A stretch of DNA of 64,000 bases from Podarcis pityusensis (lineage: Eukaryota), in NCBI GenBank assembly GCA_964106645.2, contig OZ067043.1. One strand, written 5' to 3'. Shown here piece by piece: positions 63,531 to 64,000 of the stretch. Under the pieces are notes generated by a model, which saw only the letters and a program-made list of their open reading frames with translations, did no database searches and had not been told where the DNA came from. The position numbers and the translations under genes were made by a program. Positions within the stretch are counted from its first letter, which is position 1. Each line of letters opens with the position of its first letter.

Positions 63531-64000
63531 AAATTATATTAAAACAAAATGTGGGACTTAGGAGCAGTTTTTCGGTGGTTTTAAAAACAACAACCCCAAA
63601 GCAGCACAGTGGTAATTGAAGGTGTTATTGGTGCTGTGGTGTTTTAAACTTTTCCTTGCATGCCACAATCCTATTTGAAGTACACTCACTCTTGTTAGCT
63701 GCTGAGAGGAAATTTCCTCCCAATGCTTAAAATGAGATCTTTTTCTAAGGTCTGCAGAAGGGTGGAAGGAGTTAAATTCTCCCTGCTTTGATCCTGATAT
63801 TTAACACCCCCTAGCAGAGGCTTCTATTTGCATTTTTAAAAGAAAAGTGCCCAACAAATGTGTGAAACCCCACCTTAAATGTTACTCTGGTTTAGCTCTT
63901 AGTTTTTCTTTGTGCAACCTGAGGATAATTTAACACATGCTGAACATCTGGAAGGATTTTGCTTAGTAAAAAAACCCCCAGATCTGAGTTCCCCATTCAC

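Noticed and set aside
60400-64000. Upstream CDCP2 exons
   Set aside because: No CUB- or ZP-like exon identified; they presumably lie beyond the window end

Overview
Vertebrate genomic DNA, almost certainly from a squamate and probably a lacertid lizard, judged from the Sauria/Squam-type SINEs. It carries the conserved amniote block LRRC42 (+, last two coding exons), LDLRAD1 (-, complete, 6 coding exons, 217 aa), TMEM59 (-, complete, 8 exons, 327/328 aa), a CpG-island bidirectional promoter, TCEANC2 (+, complete, 4 coding exons, 208 aa), about 26 kb of intergenic DNA with a 200-N gap, and CDCP2 (-, terminal exon only). I reconstructed all exons by hand with GT-AG boundaries and consistent phases; gene names come from recalled mammalian orthologue sequences and synteny, not from a database search. 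The non-coding DNA is dense in squamate repeats: SINEs, hAT, Tc1-mariner and Harbinger-like MITEs with TIRs and TSDs, CR1/L2/L1 fragments and a probable solo LTR. I found no convincing new multi-gene system. The best leads are an H/ACA-snoRNA-like intronic hairpin in LRRC42, a hAT MITE family dispersing ZNF143-type motifs, a MITE carrying a CTCF-like site, a double RFX X-box at LDLRAD1, a NAGNAG acceptor in TMEM59, and a CpG-undepleted palindrome cluster between LRRC42 and LDLRAD1.
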